Shown piece after piece: positions 61,426-64,000 of a stretch of 64,000 nt of DNA. The notes beneath the pieces were generated by a model that saw only the letters and a program-made list of their open reading frames with translations, was not told where the DNA came from and ran no database searches. The translations under genes and the position numbers were made by a program. The stretch lies in contig CM074806.1 in NCBI GenBank assembly GCA_037447605.1, positions 4,340,001-4,404,000 of the forward strand, given 5' to 3'. The stretch comes from Zygnema circumcarinatum SAG 698-1b (lineage: Eukaryota > Plantae > Zygnematophyceae). How positions within the stretch are numbered: position 1 is the stretch's first letter; each line of letters begins with the position of its first letter.

Positions 61426-62966
61426 CTCTCTCTCTCCCTCTCTCCCTCTTCATCGACATGAACATCACATAACATCTGGCAACCAACATCAACCTTTGGT
61501 TGGCACCATTGTTACTGTAGACTTTCCAAACTCCACATGGAACATTCGACGCTTGACAATATGTTCCACTCTCTGCAAGTGAAGCATGCGCATTTTCCAA
61601 TTCACAGTATCGTAAAAATTCAAATCGAAGAGATTGGAACTTTACCGCATAGGCGGCCACTGTCAGTGTTAAAAGAGACGGCTGCTTTATCTCGCCAATC
61701 TGCAAAGAATAACAAAAAACACGACAAAATATTCAACCCTCAGAAACGGAATCAAAGAGCCCTAAACAAAATGCAGACGATCCATCCTCAACCCTCAACC
61801 CTAAGACTAGTCAATTCAGATTCTCCCCAAGTGCTCTTTTAGGGTTTCTTTCTTCTCACCTGCTTTATGACCTTCTCCTTCAAAGCTGTGTACTCTATCC
61901 CCTCCTCCTCAGCTGCAGATCGGAGCGAGCCTTTCCAAATGTCGTTCTTTATAGCAATGAGTGCTCCACAAGCATCAGATGGCTTTCCATGAACTCCCCG
62001 AAGCAGTGAACCTATCTTGTCTCCACTAACCGCAAGATGAGGGAATACGAAGAAAATATCTGTTGTTTGAGGCAAACAAAACATCAATCAAATATGACTT
62101 TCAGATGCAGAACAGGTCTGAGGGTTTGCGGAGAGTTTCAGGAGTTCATCCTTTGAGAGATGTGAATGAATGGAAAGCTTGTGTTCAGATGAAGGATGTG
62201 AAGGGGAAGCTTTTTTCGGTTTGCAGATGAAACTTACACTTGGGACGAGTATCGCCGGACTCAATTTCAGGCGGAGGGCAATGCGATATTCCGGCTCTAA
62301 GCCCCTTCTCGCCGCAGCTAAGGACCCCCCCCAGACCGGAAATGCTGAAGATTGAACCGAACTGCTTACTGATAAGAGTCTCAAGGGGGCGGCAAAGCTG
62401 CACATTCGTCAAACAGCACAAGGAAGGGTTCAGTTTCTAGATTATTAGTTTTTTATTAGTTTTTTTCAGGCTATTTGAAGGGGGATTATTTGGTACATCC
62501 GTCTGCAAGATTTCTTCAGGGGATGTGAATGTTATTCAGTCAAGAGTTTCGCAAGTTAGGATGTTGTACCTCATCACGACAAGTGCCAACCAGCGGTATG
62601 CAGTTGCCCCTGCAGGGAGAAGTCGGAGTAAAAAAAGAAGAATTAGTGATAGACATTTCGGGTAGAAAGCGGCTCCATGCAAAACATTCTGATAACCAAC
62701 AACTCTGCAACTTTAGCTGCTAAGAGGCTATCAGGATTATAGGGTTTCCAGAGTATCCCCTCAATTTGGGTTCTAAAGGGTTTTCCAGCTCACTTTTTGA
62801 ATCCGAATCCGGCCAGCACTCTGCCACACGTGTGAATAAACTCTTTCGCTCCGACTACCTCCTTGCTGGAAGAGTTTACACGTGTTAAGAGATATTCTTG
62901 AGCCCATCGTGGCACGAAATCTGCAGAATCTGTTTGAGTTGGCGAGTGACTGATGCTCAAGTCCAT
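60562..62966 (-). CDS. LCIB: LCIB/LCIC-family (limiting-CO2-inducible) theta/beta-type carbonic anhydrase-like protein, 7 exons, 275 aa
   Basis: Exons 62966-62794, 62609-62570, 62397-62238, 62059-61860, 61699-61646, 61010-60909, 60660-60562, all GT-AG, total 828 nt in frame. Protein has LAGFGFKKGNCIPLVGTCRDELC, FSISGLGGVLSCG, AGISHCP, KYIFFVFPHLAV, DACGALIA, DLEKLINKTVDP..DYAVITGVQIH and FIAPGKSYAVVRG, matching the LCIB core as I recall it. Confidence 0.9.
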
Positions 62967-63599
62967 GTCTGGATTAAGAAAAAGGCGATGAAATCCGGCG
63001 AGGTTAGGTCAGCCAGGTTTGATCAATTCCAGTTCAAGCTCTGAGGAGTTCAGTCCCTTCTGAACAGCAGTCAGAAACCCAATGCGTGTTGGAATAAGAT
63101 GGGAGCAAGAGAGGGTCGGAGAAGGAACAGCTCCAAAAGGAAAGTTTCTACCGGAACATGCTGTGGTCGGGACAGAAGCTCACCAAGGGGACCCAATATC
63201 GATCGATATCAGAGGACAACCTTACGAAAATGCGCTACCAATTCAAGTTAATTCTTGCACCAAACATCCACAATCAAGGAGCAACCTGAATTCTCATTCA
63301 TACAGTGAAGAGGTGACGAGCGAATCCAAATTTTATTGATAAGTGCGGCTGTCGCTTTTCAAGAGGTCCCCCCTCAAATGGTACACCTCCTCAATCCCAG
63401 CACTCCAGCCATTCCTTCCCCCTCTACACAATATCAATATATCACATAACCACGTATCTTCTCTACCTTCTTCCCCTCATCAAGAAGCTTTCTCCACACA
63501 TGTACTCAGAAAGAAGAGCACTCATAAATTACATCACAATCTGTAAAAACTAAACTTGCTATACCACTCTGACGTCGACCTTTCCTCGAGCTCTCCAAT

Positions 63600-64000
63600 T
63601 TACGCAGCATGGATAAGGCGAGTAGCTCGCGGAATCGACCCACCGCCAGCATTCGCCGTTCCATGCTCCGTTGCTCCATTCGCAACTGTAGCCGCTGCCG
63701 CCTTCCCTTTCACTTCCCTTGCAGCCGCATGCACGGCCTGCCCCTCATTGGCTGCCGCCGCCGGTAGTAGCCCCATTTGAGCGAGCCATGCCGGCGGCTC
63801 GATGCCGGTCTGATCCTGAATTGTGCTCAGAAGGGGAGGGAGCGACTGGATGAAGTCTTGGAAGGGGTGGGCGGTCGAAGGCGTCGAGGAATCGCCGCCC
63901 GTCGTCCAAACGTTGATTTTAGGGTTGATGCCCTGCACCGCGTCCGCGCTACATTTGGCGAGTTCGCTGAAGAGCCCGCGTTCGATCATGAGGTATTGCA
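63600..64000 (-). CDS. FLOT: Flotillin-like (SPFH) protein, C-terminal exon; gene continues beyond the window
   Basis: QYLMIERGLFSELAKCSADAVQGINPKINVWTTGG...SLPPLLSTIQDQTGIEPPAWL matches the plant flotillin C-terminus; TAA at 63600-63602. Confidence 0.88.
   Translation of the reverse strand, partial: QYLMIERGLFSELAKCSADAVQGINPKINVWTTGGDSSTPSTAHPFQDFIQSLPPLLSTIQDQTGIEPPAWLAQMGLLPAAAANEGQAVHAAAREVKGKAAAATVANGATEHGTANAGGGSIPRATRLIHAA

Noticed and set aside
274-61705. Many ERERER / LSLSLS / GGRG ORFs in the track (e.g. 274-459, 3940-4938, 5764-6015, 28915-29490, 60162-61079)
   Set aside because: They are translations of intronic (CT)n/(GA)n tracts or antisense shadows of real exons; stop codons are simply rare in these compositions.

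Overview
Eukaryotic, intron-rich DNA from the green-plant lineage; the gene set and the (CT)n-rich introns fit a streptophyte alga best (inference). All homologue names come from motif recognition and memory, with no database search. Bases 1-31 kb hold six tightly packed, multi-exon host genes: an At3g48200-like Ig-fold/multi-TM membrane protein (+), a membrane-anchored ascorbate peroxidase (-), an INO80D/zf-C3Hc3H-like protein with a possible ~800-aa low-complexity tail (-), a calcium-dependent protein kinase (+), an NTF2/SnoaL-like protein (+) and an ABHD11-like alpha/beta hydrolase (-). Bases 31.4-58.9 kb are a retrotransposon nest. One 26.4-kb Ty3/Gypsy chromovirus block (32482-58899) is bounded by a CCAAC target-site duplication and contains further chromoviruses, Ty1/Copia elements and a solo LTR. 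It has several N gaps and many indels, so its internal order is uncertain. Bases 59-64 kb contain a MITE, a complete 7-exon LCIB/LCIC-family (theta/beta-type carbonic anhydrase) gene that the ORF track misses, and the 3' end of a flotillin gene. The strongest leads are the LCIB-like gene with intact Zn ligands but no evident transit peptide, and the chromovirus family, which has a candidate -1 frameshift signal, an extra domain resembling a degenerate N6-adenine methyltransferase between gag and protease, and a tRNA-like segment in its LTR.
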